Positions 61,762 through 64,000 of a stretch of DNA of 64,000 nucleotides are shown here, piece after piece (position 1 is the stretch's first letter; every line of letters starts with the position of its first letter). The DNA comes from the human T2T-CHM13v2.0 reference genome, Homo sapiens. The stretch lies in assembly GCF_009914755.1 (NCBI RefSeq), contig NC_060929.1, one strand, 5' to 3'. Below the pieces are notes generated by a model. That model was not told the DNA's origin, made no database searches, and worked only from the letters and a program-made list of their open reading frames with translations. The translations under genes and the position numbers were made by a program.

Positions 61762-62476
61762 CAGTGGTGTGCTAAGGCCAGCTTGTACCTAAGCTGATTG
61801 TGTTCCTCTCTTCCCAAATCTGTATTCAGGGACATCATGTTCTTAGCTTAAAAGCAACCTTGGTGGGAGTTTTAACACCATGGAAACGTTAAAGCCTAAC
61901 CAGCAAAAGACTTCCAGCCTTTAGTCTGACAAAATCAGATATATTGACTGAGTCATAGCCAAGGAGAGCACATGCAGGAACTGTGTAAGGTCACCTGTGC
62001 TTTGTAAGTGTTGGATTCCTGCCAGAGGAGTCTGAGGAGGGTCTAAGGGAATGGGAAATCCATTCTCGGTTGGTTGCTACTTCTGTGACAGGATTAGTAG
62101 TGTGGATCAACTAGGGATTTCTTACTGTCATGAGGGTAAGAAGGTTTAGCAATTGGGCATCCAACAGGAATAGCAAAGGGCATTGGGAAGTGGCATTGGT
62201 AAGGAAGCAGTAATCACTCATAGTGAGGGTCGTGATGACATCTCATAGCCACATAACCCTGGGAGAAAGCATATGTCCTGGTAACTTTGTAGCTGACTTT
62301 ATTGTTTGTCCTTTCAGTCTGATTAACAGCAGAGCTGTCTTTTGTCTTTTAGTCTAAGTTCATTTTTACTTTTACTAATCCAAGAAGTCTTTCAGAAATC
62401 AGCCAACAGTACAAGTCGGAGCTTTTCATTTTGTTCCTGGAGACCCAGTTGTTAAACATTTATCAGCATATCACTG
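61762..62476. mobile_element. MER63-like hAT element with an unrelated internal insertion (about 61900-62380)
   Basis: Imperfect terminal inverted repeats cagtggtgtgct / agcatatcactg. Confidence 0.55.
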
Positions 62477-63499
62477 CTTGTTTGTTCTCATATTTCTGCC
62501 CTTTAAGTGAGACTCCTCTCCTATGAAGACATGGTGAACACAGCCAAGTCCCATTATGTGTAATTAATGAAAGTCTAATATCCTCCCCAGATCTTTCTTA
62601 GAATCCCCAGGGAATGCTTATGTTTCATAAATCCATCCTTAAGTATTACCTTTGGATTACTTACCAATGTCAGGACTTCTCTGAAAATGTGCAAAGATTC
62701 TTGTCATTGCTACTTAACTAAAAAATACTTGACATTTCTCTTCAGGACATAGCAAACATTTCCTCCAACAAATTTCATGTCTACTTAGTCTATAAAAGTT
62801 GCTTAAAATTACTAAAAATTCAGATTTTCTAGTTTCAACAAATTGACACAGTGACTATATGTATTTCTGTTCTTTTCCCTTCAAATGTTATGTATTTTGG
62901 AATGAATACAGTCTCTGTAGTGGATGGAAATTAAGGTAGAGATCTATGACTCAAAATGAAAGATGCACACACTTTTGAAATTTAAAGGGATCTTAGAGAT
63001 TATTTAAAAATGTTGGGATTACAGACCTACTTGAGAATCTGAAGACATGGATCTTTTTCCCAGAAAAATGCATATGCTCTGGTGTGTTCACAATACATAC
63101 CCAGAATCACAGAATTTTAGTGTTTTTAGATCTCTTGAAGCCCATTAGTATACTCCAGTCTAATAGGCGCAAAACCTGGTCTGGTCTGTCCATTTCTCTT
63201 CACTTTATTCATAAAGTTATCAAGCCAAGGTGACATATTGAACTAGTAGTAGATCTACGATTATAAGTAACAACTTTTGCCTTAATAAGCTACTGTTACC
63301 TATGTCTTCTCTGATTTCTTTCTTTTTCCCATACCACCATCATAAAATAGATAACTTACTAGTTTCCAAGTCTCATTAACAGGAATAGTTTTGGATAGAC
63401 CATACAGTGTAGTGGTTAAAAGCATAGGTTTTGGAGTTGGGCCACCTTAGATTCAAGGCCTGGCTTTGTTTCAAACTTTAGTTATAGTTCAGTCTGTTT

Positions 63500-63637
63500 T
63501 TCTTTCTTTTTTTAAAAAATAATTTTTATTGTGTATAATCAAGGTATACAACATGATATTATGGGATACATATAGATAGTGAAATGGTTACTATAGTAAA
63601 GCAAATTGGCATATCCATCACCTTACATTGTTACCCA

Positions 63638-63684
<47 letters not shown>

Positions 63685-64000
63685 AGTAGCTAAGTCTACT
63701 CATTTAGCATGAATCCCATATACAGTACAATTGTATTACCTATAGTCCTCATGTTGTACCTTGGATCTCTAGACTTGTTCATCCTACATATCTGCTACTT
63801 TACATTCTCTTACCTATATCTCCAATTCTTCTCTCTCCACCCTCACAGGGGTAACTACTGTTTTGTTTTCTTTGTATATTTGATTTTTTTTAGATTTCAC
63901 ATATTAGTAAAATTATGCAGTATTTTTCTTTCTGTGTCTAGCTTATTTCACTTAGAATAATGTCCTCCAAGCCTATCCATGTTGTGAGAAATGGCAAGAT
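63500..64000 (-). mobile_element. L1MA (MA8-10-like) 3' end, running off the window
   Basis: aaggtatacaacatgat...gtgaaatggttactatagt...cttatttcacttagaataatgtcctccaagcctatccatgttg. Confidence 0.85.
63640..63681. repeat. (TG)21 microsatellite
   Basis: Perfect dinucleotide run. Confidence 0.97.

Overview
Primate (very likely human) repeat-rich, AT-rich genomic DNA. I recognise no host protein-coding exon, RNA gene or CpG island. The ORFs in the track come mostly from Alu, L1, ERV or microsatellite sequence, or look like chance ORFs. Main contents: (1) a nested stack at 2.1-9.2 kb: an old L1M hosts a MaLR MSTB-like provirus (5-bp TSD GATAC), which hosts a HERV-H provirus with an LTR7B-type 5' LTR. 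The HERV-H 3' end and most of the MST interior are deleted, and a half-Alu sits at the junction. (2) A full-length but dead L1PA (about L1PA6-8) at 28275-34762 with an 11-bp TSD. (3) About 30 Alu/FLAM/FRAM copies, many MaLR/ERVL solo LTRs, hAT fossils, and MIR, L2 and L1M fragments. (4) A strong CTCF motif at 51511-51529, inside a 2.2-kb segment bracketed by an ~80-bp inverted repeat that matches no family I recognise. Several small templated-duplication scars are also visible. I found no convincing new biological system; the findings are structural and regulatory hypotheses. Subfamily names come from recalled consensus sequences, not from a database search, and boundaries without a TSD are approximate.
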